The position numbers and the translations under genes are program-made. Shown here piece after piece: positions 54,581-63,216 of a DNA stretch of 64,000 nucleotides. The stretch is from assembly GCA_964488555.1 (NCBI GenBank), contig CAZAUF010000002.1:49407-113406 (forward strand). The letters are read 5' to 3'. This DNA comes from an uncultured Candidatus Saccharibacteria bacterium. GTDB lineage: Bacteria; Patescibacteriota; Saccharimonadia; Saccharimonadales; Saccharimonadaceae. Below the pieces are notes generated by a model. It did not search any database. It had not been told where the DNA came from and saw only the letters and a program-made list of their open reading frames with translations. The number at the start of each line of letters is the position of its first letter. The stretch's first letter is position 1.

Positions 54581-55726
54581 TCAACCAAGCCACTGCGACA
54601 AATTACCTGGATGTACCAGTATGGCCTCTGTATTGGGATAAGTGTCACTAAAATATTTCGGCGTTGTGAGCTTTTTGTCAGCATACGAAAAATCATATGC
54701 AGCATACGTGTCGTTCCTTGCCTCCACAAGATCCAACTCGCTACCAAGCGACCGCCAATAGTAACGCTGAACCCGTTCATCACGCGCTTGCCAATACTTC
54801 ATGCGCTCGTTCATGCAGAAATTTTCCCATAACGCATCACGATCAGTACGGAGGTCGAGTGGCTGCAACGACTCAATAAGTGCATTTCGGATACCTAGAT
54901 CGTAGAAGTAAACCTTGCGCTTGCGGTTACTCAACATGCCTTGCTGTGTACCAGTAAGCGCGGGGAGACGATACACCACAAATGCCATCTCAAGCAATGT
55001 GATGTAGCGTTCGATCGTCTCTGTCTTCACGCCAAACGTCACGCCAAGTTCGTGATACGACACCTCTTGCCCTATTTGGAGAGCCAACGCCTGTAGTAGT
55101 CGTGGGAGTAACTGGCGTTGCCGAAGTTCCACAAGCTCCAGACTGTCTTTGTATACATAATTATTGGCAAGAGCCACAATCTCTTCATCGGCACGGCTGT
55201 CATCGGTCAATACAATACCCGGATAACTGCCGAGGCGCAGAAGTCGCGGCAACAACGTTTCCATCTGTAAATCGCTATAGCCAAAGTAATGTTTGATCTC
55301 CGTGAGTGAAAGCGGAGTGAGCATAAACTCATACGCTCGACCAGTGAGTGGCTCCTTGACCTTGCCTGCCAGATCGAACGATGAGCTGCCAGTCGCGATG
55401 ATGTCGAGCTCAGGATGAGTGTCGATGAGGAGTTTGAGCGTGAGGCCGATATTTTCTACCCTCTGAGCCTCGTCGATAACGACACGTTTCGCTTGTCCGA
55501 TCACGCGCTCAAGCGCGGCCAAACTAGTTGGCTTAAGCGCGTCTGCCGTCACCATTTCATCACAGTTCAAGTACAGCCGCTCCTCTGGGGCTGCCTCACT
55601 CAAAAGCTGCTTGGCTACCGTGGTCTTGCCGACTCGCCGCGGCCCATAAAGCACGATCACCCGCCCTCGTCCCAGGTGGGAGCGGATAAGCGGGGTGATC
55701 GTTCGTTCTATCATTTTCTCTGCCAT
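54581..55726 (-). CDS. AAA-type ATPase (AAA_14 + DUF4143-like)
   Basis: Walker A GPRRVGKTT and Walker B VVIDEAQ. Size and C-terminal region are typical of the DUF4143 family. Confidence 0.75.
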   Translation of the reverse strand: MAEKMIERTITPLIRSHLGRGRVIVLYGPRRVGKTTVAKQLLSEAAPEERLYLNCDEMVTADALKPTSLAALERVIGQAKRVVIDEAQRVENIGLTLKLLIDTHPELDIIATGSSSFDLAGKVKEPLTGRAYEFMLTPLSLTEIKHYFGYSDLQMETLLPRLLRLGSYPGIVLTDDSRADEEIVALANNYVYKDSLELVELRQRQLLPRLLQALALQIGQEVSYHELGVTFGVKTETIERYITLLEMAFVVYRLPALTGTQQGMLSNRKRKVYFYDLGIRNALIESLQPLDLRTDRDALWENFCMNERMKYWQARDERVQRYYWRSLGSELDLVEARNDTYAAYDFSYADKKLTTPKYFSDTYPNTEAILVHPGNLSQWLG

Positions 55727-55774
55727 ACTGGAAATAATAGCATAAGTTATTTCCAGTAGACTAGAGATTTTGGA

Positions 55775-57424
55775 CTAAAAGCCCATGCCACCAGGCATGC
55801 CGCCGCCCATAGGTGCGGCTGGAGCCTCTGGCTCAGGGATGTCAACCACGAGCGCGCCCATCGTCGCGGCAGTCGATGCGATAGATACGGCGTTTTGCAC
55901 CGCTTCTCGAGTGACTTTGACGGGGTCGATAACGCCCGCCTTTTTGACATCGATCAGTCCTGCATCAGGACTATTCACATCGATACCCTGTCCTGCCTTG
56001 GCAGCTTCTACTTGCGCGAGTAGTGCCTCACTGTTTAGCCCGGCGTTGCTCGTGATGAGTGTAAATGGCACGCGGAGCGCGTTTTTCAGAATCTGACGAC
56101 CTGCACTGATACTGTCGGAGCCCTCTGCAGAGATAGTTGCAGCCAGATTGACAAGTGTCACGCCGCCACCGGCTACGATACCTTCCGCTAGTGCAGCCTT
56201 GGTAGCAGCCACAGCGTCATCCACACGGAATTTCTTTTCTTCGATTTCGGTTTCGGTTGCACCACCGACTTTGATCACGGCTACTTTACCACTCAGTGCT
56301 GCAGCACGTTTTTCGTACTGTTCTTTGTCGTATTCACTGCTGGCGTTTTCTGCCTGAGCAACGATTTGAGTGATACGTGCGGTTACATCGCTTGGCTTGC
56401 CTGCACCCTCGATGATAGTCGTCGCGTCTTTGCCTACGATGACCTTGCGCGCGCTACCGACAGCCTCCAAACCAACGTTTTCAAACGTCAGGCCTTGCTC
56501 ATCGCTGATCACAGCACCGCCAGTCAAGATAGCGATATCTTCCAGAATCTCTTTGCGACGATCACCGTACGACGGTGCCTTGACCGCCACGGTGTTGAGT
56601 ACACCCTTGAGCTTGTTGAGGATCAGCACGCTGAGTGCTTCACCTTCCACGTCGTCGGCAATGAGCACGACATCTTTTTTCCCGGCAGCGGCCAGTTTTT
56701 CGATAAGCGGCAAGAATTCAGAAACATTGGCGATCTTCTTGTCAGTGATGATGACCGACGGCTTCTCATACACAGCCTCTTGGCGGCTAGCATCGGTGAC
56801 AAAGAACGGCGACGACCAACCCTTGTCCAGGCTGAAGCCTTCGACGACCTCGGCCTCGAGCTCTAGTCCCTGCCCTGCTTCGACGGTTACCACGCCATCC
56901 TTGCCCACCTTTTCGATCACACCGGCGATGAGCTTGCCGATTTGTGCGTCACCCGCGCTGATGGTTGCGACCTCAGCCACACGCTCGGTGTTACCTTCGA
57001 TACTTTCCGAGAGTTTGTCGAGCTGCTTAGTGATTTCCGCCCCGGCCTGCTCGATACCTTTGCGAAGTTCCATCGGGTTGTGGCCTGCCGCAATCAGACG
57101 GTTGGCTTCTTTGAGAATGTTGTATGTCAGCACAGTCACAGTGGTAGTGCCGTCACCTGCAGCCTTGTTGAGCTTCTGTGCAGCTTGCTTGATAAGCTCC
57201 GCACCTACTTTGTAGCCAAGCGTTTCATCGTCTTGCTCTGGCAGGCTCACGCTTTCGGCAACAGTCACGCCGTCGTGTGTCACCGTCGGACCACCGTATC
57301 CCTTGGCAATTACCACGTTGCGACCCTTTGGACCGTACGTTACCTTCACTGCATCGTAGAGTGCTTTCGCGCCGCCGAGCACACGCTCGCGGGCGTCATC
57401 ATCATAAAAAACTTTTTTAGCCAT
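55775..57424 (-). CDS. groL: chaperonin GroEL
   Basis: AKKVFYDDDAR..., GDGTTT and a C-terminal GGM repeat. Confidence 0.97.
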   Translation of the reverse strand: MAKKVFYDDDARERVLGGAKALYDAVKVTYGPKGRNVVIAKGYGGPTVTHDGVTVAESVSLPEQDDETLGYKVGAELIKQAAQKLNKAAGDGTTTVTVLTYNILKEANRLIAAGHNPMELRKGIEQAGAEITKQLDKLSESIEGNTERVAEVATISAGDAQIGKLIAGVIEKVGKDGVVTVEAGQGLELEAEVVEGFSLDKGWSSPFFVTDASRQEAVYEKPSVIITDKKIANVSEFLPLIEKLAAAGKKDVVLIADDVEGEALSVLILNKLKGVLNTVAVKAPSYGDRRKEILEDIAILTGGAVISDEQGLTFENVGLEAVGSARKVIVGKDATTIIEGAGKPSDVTARITQIVAQAENASSEYDKEQYEKRAAALSGKVAVIKVGGATETEIEEKKFRVDDAVAATKAALAEGIVAGGGVTLVNLAATISAEGSDSISAGRQILKNALRVPFTLITSNAGLNSEALLAQVEAAKAGQGIDVNSPDAGLIDVKKAGVIDPVKVTREAVQNAVSIASTAATMGALVVDIPEPEAPAAPMGGGMPGGMGF

Positions 57425-57437
57425 TGCGTTTCACCTC

Positions 57438-57701
57438 CTATACAGTTGCCAGTACGTCATCTTCACGTACGATGATATATTCCGTGCCGTCCACCTTGAG
57501 CTCGGTCGTCGTGTAATCTTTGTAGACGATGCGATCGCCCTTTTTGATACCTTTTACATCTGGACCGATTGCCTCTACAGTCGCCATGACCGGTTTTTCC
57601 TTGGCCGTATCAGGCAAGTAAATGCCGCTCGCAGTCTGGGTTTTCGCCTCCTCACGGACAGCGACCACACGGTCAGCAAGCGGTTTGATTGGACTACTCA
57701 T
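57438..57701 (-). CDS. groS: co-chaperonin GroES
   Basis: 87 aa with IKPLADRVV... Confidence 0.95.
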   Translation of the reverse strand: MSSPIKPLADRVVAVREEAKTQTASGIYLPDTAKEKPVMATVEAIGPDVKGIKKGDRIVYKDYTTTELKVDGTEYIIVREDDVLATV

Positions 57702-57753
57702 ATTTGTGCTCCTCCGTGTTTTTACTTTGTATATCTCATTGTAGACAAAAAAA

Positions 57754-57780
57754 TTAGCACTTGCAAGGGCAGAGTGCTAA
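57754..57780. promoter_or_regulatory. CIRCE (HrcA operator) upstream of groES
   Basis: TTAGCACTT-N9-GAGTGCTAA. It overlaps a putative -35 TTGCAA, with -10 TACAAT 17 bp downstream on the minus strand. Confidence 0.85.
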
Positions 57781-57793
57781 TTTATTCTTTTGC

Positions 57794-58468
57794 CTATTTT
57801 CGTGGGGCGTTTCGTATGGTGATATGAGAGTCAAAAACTTCGTCATCAACGTCATCGTCTTCTACATAGCTATGATCAAGCGTTGCTCGCTTTGCCATGG
57901 CGTTTTTGATTTCTCTTTTGGTCTTGAGACCGAAGTCACTCGTACGCGGCAACTCCCCTTCCTCAATCTCTATCGATGCTTTTATAGAGTCCAGCTCTGC
58001 TTCAAGTTCGTCTTTGATGCTATCGAGCTCTGCCTGACTCATCGATTCACCATCGGCAGTTCTCGGAAGTTCATTGAGTTGATCGACAATGTGTGCCGCT
58101 CGGCTATATAGATAATCTATGTACGCTTCTTCGTCATCAAAATCATCTTCGCCACGATAGCGACCGTCTTCAAAATCTTTGACGTTTTCTAGAGACTCTG
58201 TTTCGATTTTTTCACTGGCTTCTGCAAATTTAAGCTCATCCGAAGTCAGATCTGCATGCAGACCATCTTGAATAGCTTCCTTCATGTACGTTTTATCAGC
58301 GGCAATAGGCCCACGCTCATTCCAGCGTTTACGCCAATCCTTACTCACAAAATCATTTTGCTCGGCACGCCCACGACGTTGTGCAGCTTCACCGTGATTT
58401 TGCTTGCCACTAAAACGATTAAACGATTTTGCTCTTTTGGACTGTGGTTTTTCCATCATACTGGTCAT
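57794..58468 (-). CDS. hypothetical acidic protein
   Basis: 224 aa with a basic N-terminus and a highly acidic helical remainder. No recognisable domain. Confidence 0.45.
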   Translation of the reverse strand: MTSMMEKPQSKRAKSFNRFSGKQNHGEAAQRRGRAEQNDFVSKDWRKRWNERGPIAADKTYMKEAIQDGLHADLTSDELKFAEASEKIETESLENVKDFEDGRYRGEDDFDDEEAYIDYLYSRAAHIVDQLNELPRTADGESMSQAELDSIKDELEAELDSIKASIEIEEGELPRTSDFGLKTKREIKNAMAKRATLDHSYVEDDDVDDEVFDSHITIRNAPRK

Positions 58469-58490
58469 AGCAAAGGTCCTTTCTGCTGCT

Positions 58491-58874
58491 CTAAACGTCG
58501 TCGCTATCTGGATCGCCGAGCTCGTCTTTCAAATCCTCGGGGAGCTCATCGTGATCTTCGTCAATGGCTGATTCGGGTCGAGTTGAGTCATGGATGGTAA
58601 ATCCAGCGAACAATTCATTTCGAACCTCTTCGTCTTCGGCATCACGGATGGCAGTTTCTGCTGCGCGGTCAAACTTCTCAGGATCAACGACTGCATCGGT
58701 CGCTTCAGCTTGGCTCTGCCTGTACTCTTCTCGTGTGGCTATGCGACCAAGCGCAGGAATCTTGAACATTTCAACTGATTCCTGTTCTGGCAGTATGTCG
58801 CCGCGATTGAGGCTTGGATTCTTCTCGTTCATGTTTGATGGTTTTGGAGCTGTTGGTTTTTCTATGGTGGTCAT
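58491..58874 (-). CDS. hypothetical acidic protein (apparently leaderless)
   Basis: 127 aa. The ATG lies 7 nt after a consensus -10 box. Confidence 0.45.
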   Translation of the reverse strand: MTTIEKPTAPKPSNMNEKNPSLNRGDILPEQESVEMFKIPALGRIATREEYRQSQAEATDAVVDPEKFDRAAETAIRDAEDEEVRNELFAGFTIHDSTRPESAIDEDHDELPEDLKDELGDPDSDDV

Positions 58875-58881
58875 GCTTACA

Positions 58882-58909
58882 ATTATACATATTTTTACAT
58901 AAATGTCAA
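58882..58909 (-). promoter_or_regulatory. near-consensus sigma-70 promoter
   Basis: Minus strand reads TTGACA - 16 nt (ending in TG) - TATAAT, then 7 nt to the ATG at 58874. Confidence 0.55.
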
Positions 58910-58940
58910 TACTGTTTATGCTCTCTACCTCTGTAAACCT

Positions 58941-58975
58941 ATGAAAAGAGGGGCGGCCAGTTGCGACCGCCCCTC
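58941..58975 (-). terminator. rho-independent terminator overlapping the stop of the ZAS-like gene
   Basis: GAGGGGCGG / CCGCCCCTC stem followed by TTTTCAT on the minus strand. Confidence 0.6.
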
Positions 58976-59180
58976 ATGTTCCTGATGCTTCCGCCTGCTT
59001 ATTGCTCTGGATTTTTTCGTGAATCATTTGACCGATTGTCGCTTCGCAACCAGCACATTCGCGAGTATGCTGCGCTACGACGGTGATGTCGTGTTCGGTC
59101 AGTTCAGAGTCCGCGATGACATCGCGGAAAAATTTGCAGACAGGCGGAACCGTATCAGGCGAAACCCATTCGCCAGACAT
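58974..59180 (-). CDS. small ZAS-type (C...HxxxCxxC) putative anti-sigma factor domain protein
   Basis: 68 aa with C15, H38, C42 and C45 (HTRECAGC). The spacing matches the zinc-binding anti-sigma motif. Confidence 0.5.
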   Translation of the reverse strand: MSGEWVSPDTVPPVCKFFRDVIADSELTEHDITVVAQHTRECAGCEATIGQMIHEKIQSNKQAEASGT

Positions 59181-59245
59181 ATTCCACCTCCATATCGTTC
59201 AGGAACGCTACAATTATAGTACAATAATATGCCTATAAAATCAAT

Positions 59246-60262
59246 CTATTCATCGAGCATTTGGTGGATGGTACGTCGCAGCTTGTCTTGGCCGGTTGGA
59301 GTGTAGTCAAACCCTTCCGCAGGAATCTCGCCAAACGAATTGGCATTCAATATATAGTGCGGAAAGTCACGTCCATCCCTGCTTTTCATTTCGGTGAAAT
59401 AATATGGCGGCGCATTTGCTGCGTCTACCCACTCAAGCCCTTGCAGTTCAGCGATTGTTCGCAGGTATGAGCCGCGTGTTTTTGTGTCCACAAGAATAGT
59501 CTTGTCATCTTCTTTACGCGTTACGATCATATCTATACCCTCCAGGTCTGAATCGGTGTCATCGGGTATAGCAACATCCAGTCGTGGGTCAGCGCGCAAA
59601 CCGTTTTCCGGTGCGACTTCATACGAGGTGCCGTTCATGATCGTGGTCAGCTCATCGATGCGCGTTTCTGGGTCTTTACCAGAAATCTCGGAGCTATGGC
59701 CAATCTCTTTGTTGAGTGCCAAACTTTCCAGCTTGAGTGCTTCCACGATCGCGGTCTTGTATCCTGGTTTCAACTTAGGTGGAAGACTGCGCACGATATC
59801 ACGAACCATATCGTTGTACTGCGACAGCACAGCCTTGCTCTCATGGCGGCGACGATGCTTCAACGCATCGGACACCTGTGGCGCAAACAGAACCGCCTTT
59901 GCCATGAGCTCGTGTGTCAGCTGGCTTCGCGTCATGTCATCTGTTATCCGTTCGTCATTGAGGCGTGCATTTTGTGCGATATAGGCCAGACGCACCGTAT
60001 TGGTATTCATCGGTAGCTTGACGCCCTTTTCGCGCTGATATATATCACGGACACGACGCAGATGATCGAGTGCAGCATTGCGCGTACCCATCCGCAGCTC
60101 GTCAGTGAGCGACAGTTGCCGCTCGCCGTCTCTGCCAATTCGCGGCGGTCTGACATCCACACGGTCAAGCACCCGCGCCCCCGCGTGACGATCACGTCGC
60201 ACGTCCGGGTCACGATGCGCGTGCTCATGATTGCGAGGGTGATTCTCTATGTGGCGTGTCAT
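59246..60262 (-). CDS. hypothetical protein with possible PD-(D/E)xK-like motif
   Basis: 338 aa with a His/Arg-rich N-terminus. GIDMIVTRKEDDKTILVDTKTRG resembles D...(D/E)xK nuclease cores, but only weakly. Confidence 0.4.
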   Translation of the reverse strand: MTRHIENHPRNHEHAHRDPDVRRDRHAGARVLDRVDVRPPRIGRDGERQLSLTDELRMGTRNAALDHLRRVRDIYQREKGVKLPMNTNTVRLAYIAQNARLNDERITDDMTRSQLTHELMAKAVLFAPQVSDALKHRRRHESKAVLSQYNDMVRDIVRSLPPKLKPGYKTAIVEALKLESLALNKEIGHSSEISGKDPETRIDELTTIMNGTSYEVAPENGLRADPRLDVAIPDDTDSDLEGIDMIVTRKEDDKTILVDTKTRGSYLRTIAELQGLEWVDAANAPPYYFTEMKSRDGRDFPHYILNANSFGEIPAEGFDYTPTGQDKLRRTIHQMLDE

Positions 60263-60301
60263 GTTTTAAAGGTGTTTATGTTAAATGGTTATGCTTAAAT
60301 T

Positions 60302-60319
60302 ATACACAAAATTGTGTAT
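60302..60319. promoter_or_regulatory. palindrome upstream of the 59246-60262 gene
   Basis: ATACACAA-aa-TTGTGTAT, with core ACAC-N6-GTGT. Confidence 0.3.
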
Positions 60320-60342
60320 TTGTCAATGTGGTTATGTTTTAG

Positions 60343-60777
60343 CTATTTTGTGATAAGCTTGCCTTTTTCGACAGCTGGCAAGAAGTTACCCGCCTCAATG
60401 AGCTGATTGACCTCCGTCAAACCTGACTCGGCCATAATCGGTGCAGCCATGAGGTCATAAAGTGTCACTATCGTCAGACTTTGAGCAGCATCTCGATCTA
60501 CGAGTGCGCCGCCTGCGGCTTTTGCTTCTCTGATAGCAGCCACGAGTGCTGCTTGGTCCCCTGTACCGGCATCTATGACAGTTCGTCCCTGCAGCAGCAG
60601 ACCCTCTACAAACGCGCGCGCGCTGGCTTCGTCGGCGTCCTCTGTTTTGACGACCACCACGTCGCGCTCTTCCGGTAGCCATTCAGCAAAGGCTTTGCCA
60701 GCGTTCCAAATGTATTCGGTCGTGCCGGATTCGCCGATACGACCACGGATGTCGGTGGATGAAAAGATAGTTCCCAT
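60343..60777 (-). CDS. stand-alone phosphoglucomutase/phosphomannomutase domain-I-like protein lacking the phosphoserine motif
   Basis: IFSSTDIRGRIGE corresponds to the FGT.GIRG start of PGM_PMM_I. No T/SASHNP-type motif is present. Only 144 aa. Confidence 0.45.
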   Translation of the reverse strand: MGTIFSSTDIRGRIGESGTTEYIWNAGKAFAEWLPEERDVVVVKTEDADEASARAFVEGLLLQGRTVIDAGTGDQAALVAAIREAKAAGGALVDRDAAQSLTIVTLYDLMAAPIMAESGLTEVNQLIEAGNFLPAVEKGKLITK

Positions 60778-60824
60778 TACTTAATATGATACCAGATGCG
60801 ACAGATTCTTAGTACAATAGGTCC

Positions 60825-61862
60825 ATGACCGTACGCTTCGCGACAGACGACGAAATAAATATCTGGAATGAAAAAATCCTTGCCAATCCTGATGGCGGTA
60901 GCGTATTTCAGGGTGAAGAGTTTGCCCAGCAAAAAAAGATTTCCGGCTGGACACCTCGCTATGTCATGGCGGACGATATAGCGTTGACTATCCACGAAAA
61001 GCAAGTTTTTGGTCTCGGTAAATTGTGGTATCTCCCCAAGGGTCCCGGTGTAACCAGCCCCGTCCAGGTGGGCGACAGGATTCCTGAGCTTCGTAAGCTC
61101 GCTCACGAAAATGGCGTGTTCGTCGTCAAGATGGAACCGGAACTCCACAAGACCGATGATGCCATGAAGGCACTCACCGAGCTGGGTTTAGTGCGCGTAC
61201 AGCACGTACAGCCAAGTTCAACCATCTTGGTGGACTTGTCCCCCGACCTCGACACGATCCTGGCAAAATTGAACCAAAAGGGCCGCCATGCCCTGCGCCG
61301 GGCTGAGCGGGACGGAGTGAAGGTAAAGCGTGTCGATGCTTCAGACGAGAACTGCAAAATCTTTTATGATCTGCTCGCCGTCACCGCCAACGGATCTTTT
61401 GCTATCAGAAAATACGAGTACTACCGTGCCTATTGGCAGCGTTATGTCGACGCTGGACTTGGCCAGCTATTTTTCGCCTATGCTGGTAACGACTTAGTTG
61501 CCGCGGCATTTGCCATGGTGTTTGGTCAGAAGAGCACCTACAAGGACGGCGCAAGCGTCCGTGAACGCCCTGTTTATGGTGCGAGTCACCTGCTCCAATG
61601 GCACGTCATACAGTGGGCCAAAGAGCAGGGGTCACTACAGCACGACCTCTGTGGCACACCACCGAGCGACCGTATCAAGGACGAAACGCATCCGTTTTAT
61701 GGGTTCGGGCGATTCAAAAGTAGCTTCAACAAACAAGTGACAGATTACGTGGGTACGTTCGACCTGGTCGTCCACCCTCGCCAATACCGACTTTGGACGA
61801 AGTTTGTCCAAAAGGTCGTGCGCCGACTCTGGTGGCATCGCCATCACGAAAACTGGTATTAG
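60825..61862 (+). CDS. FemAB-family peptidoglycan bridge-forming aminoacyltransferase
   Basis: 345 aa. Overall FemX-like pattern (LNQKGRHALRRAER..., FFAYAGNDLVAAAFAMVFG, YKDGAS). Confidence 0.8.
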   Translation: MTVRFATDDEINIWNEKILANPDGGSVFQGEEFAQQKKISGWTPRYVMADDIALTIHEKQVFGLGKLWYLPKGPGVTSPVQVGDRIPELRKLAHENGVFVVKMEPELHKTDDAMKALTELGLVRVQHVQPSSTILVDLSPDLDTILAKLNQKGRHALRRAERDGVKVKRVDASDENCKIFYDLLAVTANGSFAIRKYEYYRAYWQRYVDAGLGQLFFAYAGNDLVAAAFAMVFGQKSTYKDGASVRERPVYGASHLLQWHVIQWAKEQGSLQHDLCGTPPSDRIKDETHPFYGFGRFKSSFNKQVTDYVGTFDLVVHPRQYRLWTKFVQKVVRRLWWHRHHENWY

Positions 61863-61863
61863 C

Positions 61864-63153
61864 CTATTTGGATTCCAGCAGTTCTTTCACGACGTCTGCG
61901 TCGTTCCAAGGTATCTTCTTGCCGTTTTCTATACGAAACTTCTCGTGTCCCATACCGGTGATAAGCACCATATCGCCCTTTTTCACGATGTCGAGCGCCT
62001 TCTTGATAGCATCGCGACGATCCGGTACCTCTGTCGTCTTGGCTTCACCTTTGGCATCTCGGATACCCTGCATAACCTCTGCTCGGATAGCATTTGGGTC
62101 TTCACTGTAACTCTCCTCGTCGGTCAGGATAATCCTATCGGCGAGACGAGCGGCAATTTCGCCCATGATCGGACGCTTACCCTTGTCTCGATCACCAGTC
62201 GCGCCAAATACCAAAATGATGCGGTTTTTGGTTATCGCCTTGGCTGCACCGAGGAACTTCTCGAGCGCGTCAGGCGTGTGCGCATAGTCCACGATCACAT
62301 CGTATCCTAGTCCTTCTACGACGCGTTCGAATCGTCCCGGCACTACCTCTAGGTTCGCGATACCTTCTACGATATCGTTCAGATCAACGCCCAACAGATA
62401 CGCGGCAGACGCGGCCGCCGTCATGTTCGCTATATTGAACTCACCGGGTAACGCCGTGGCTAGCTCCAGCTTGTTCGTATGGTCTATCACTACAGTCGCC
62501 TCGCTCCCCTTGCGGTAGAGCTTGGTGTAGTCAATCCTCGCCTCAGCCTCATCATGCTTTCCGTAGGTGATTTTTTGCGCACCTGCCTGGTATTTATCGA
62601 AGTATTCATACCATTCATCGTCGCGATTCAGCACGATATAGCGCGGCGTGTGTGCAAACAGCTTGCTCTTGGCAGCCGCGTAATCCTCCATAGTCTTGTG
62701 ATAGTCCAAGTGGTCCTGTGTTAGGTTGGTCATGATGGCCATGTGGATCGGCACCCCGTCCAGCTTATGCTGATCAAGCGCGTGGCTTGTCACCTCGAGT
62801 AACGTGTACTCCACCTTGGCTCGTCGAGCCTTGGCAAAAAATCGTTGCATCTCAGCCGTACTCGCGACCGTAGCGTTCAGGTCATTGATCTTGCGCTCAC
62901 CTGCCACCTCTATGACCGCCGTCGTAAACATTGCTGTTTTGTGGCCTGCTTCCTTGAGAATCTCATTTAGATAGTTCAGGGTTGTCGTCTTGCCGTTCGT
63001 CCCGGTCACCGCGATGACTTTCAGCCCCTTTGACGGATTGCCGTACCGCGCGCGCACCACTCGCACCCGCCCCCTTCTGTACGTTCCCTCTAGTTTCTTG
63101 ACCGCCTTTTTTGGCAGTACTTTGCGCGTTACCCTCACCAATCGCTGTTTCAT
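61864..63153 (-). CDS. murE: Mur ligase, MurE-like, with short N-terminal region
   Basis: VTGTNGKTTT, EVTSHALDQHK, DYAHTPDAL and GATGDRDKGKRP. Only ~45 basic residues precede the ATP-binding domain. Confidence 0.78.
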   Translation of the reverse strand: MKQRLVRVTRKVLPKKAVKKLEGTYRRGRVRVVRARYGNPSKGLKVIAVTGTNGKTTTLNYLNEILKEAGHKTAMFTTAVIEVAGERKINDLNATVASTAEMQRFFAKARRAKVEYTLLEVTSHALDQHKLDGVPIHMAIMTNLTQDHLDYHKTMEDYAAAKSKLFAHTPRYIVLNRDDEWYEYFDKYQAGAQKITYGKHDEAEARIDYTKLYRKGSEATVVIDHTNKLELATALPGEFNIANMTAAASAAYLLGVDLNDIVEGIANLEVVPGRFERVVEGLGYDVIVDYAHTPDALEKFLGAAKAITKNRIILVFGATGDRDKGKRPIMGEIAARLADRIILTDEESYSEDPNAIRAEVMQGIRDAKGEAKTTEVPDRRDAIKKALDIVKKGDMVLITGMGHEKFRIENGKKIPWNDADVVKELLESK

Positions 63154-63216
63154 AAAACTATTTTAGCACCGTTCCAGTCGTTTATCGTGCTAGTCGAACA
63201 TGCTATGCTGTAAGCA

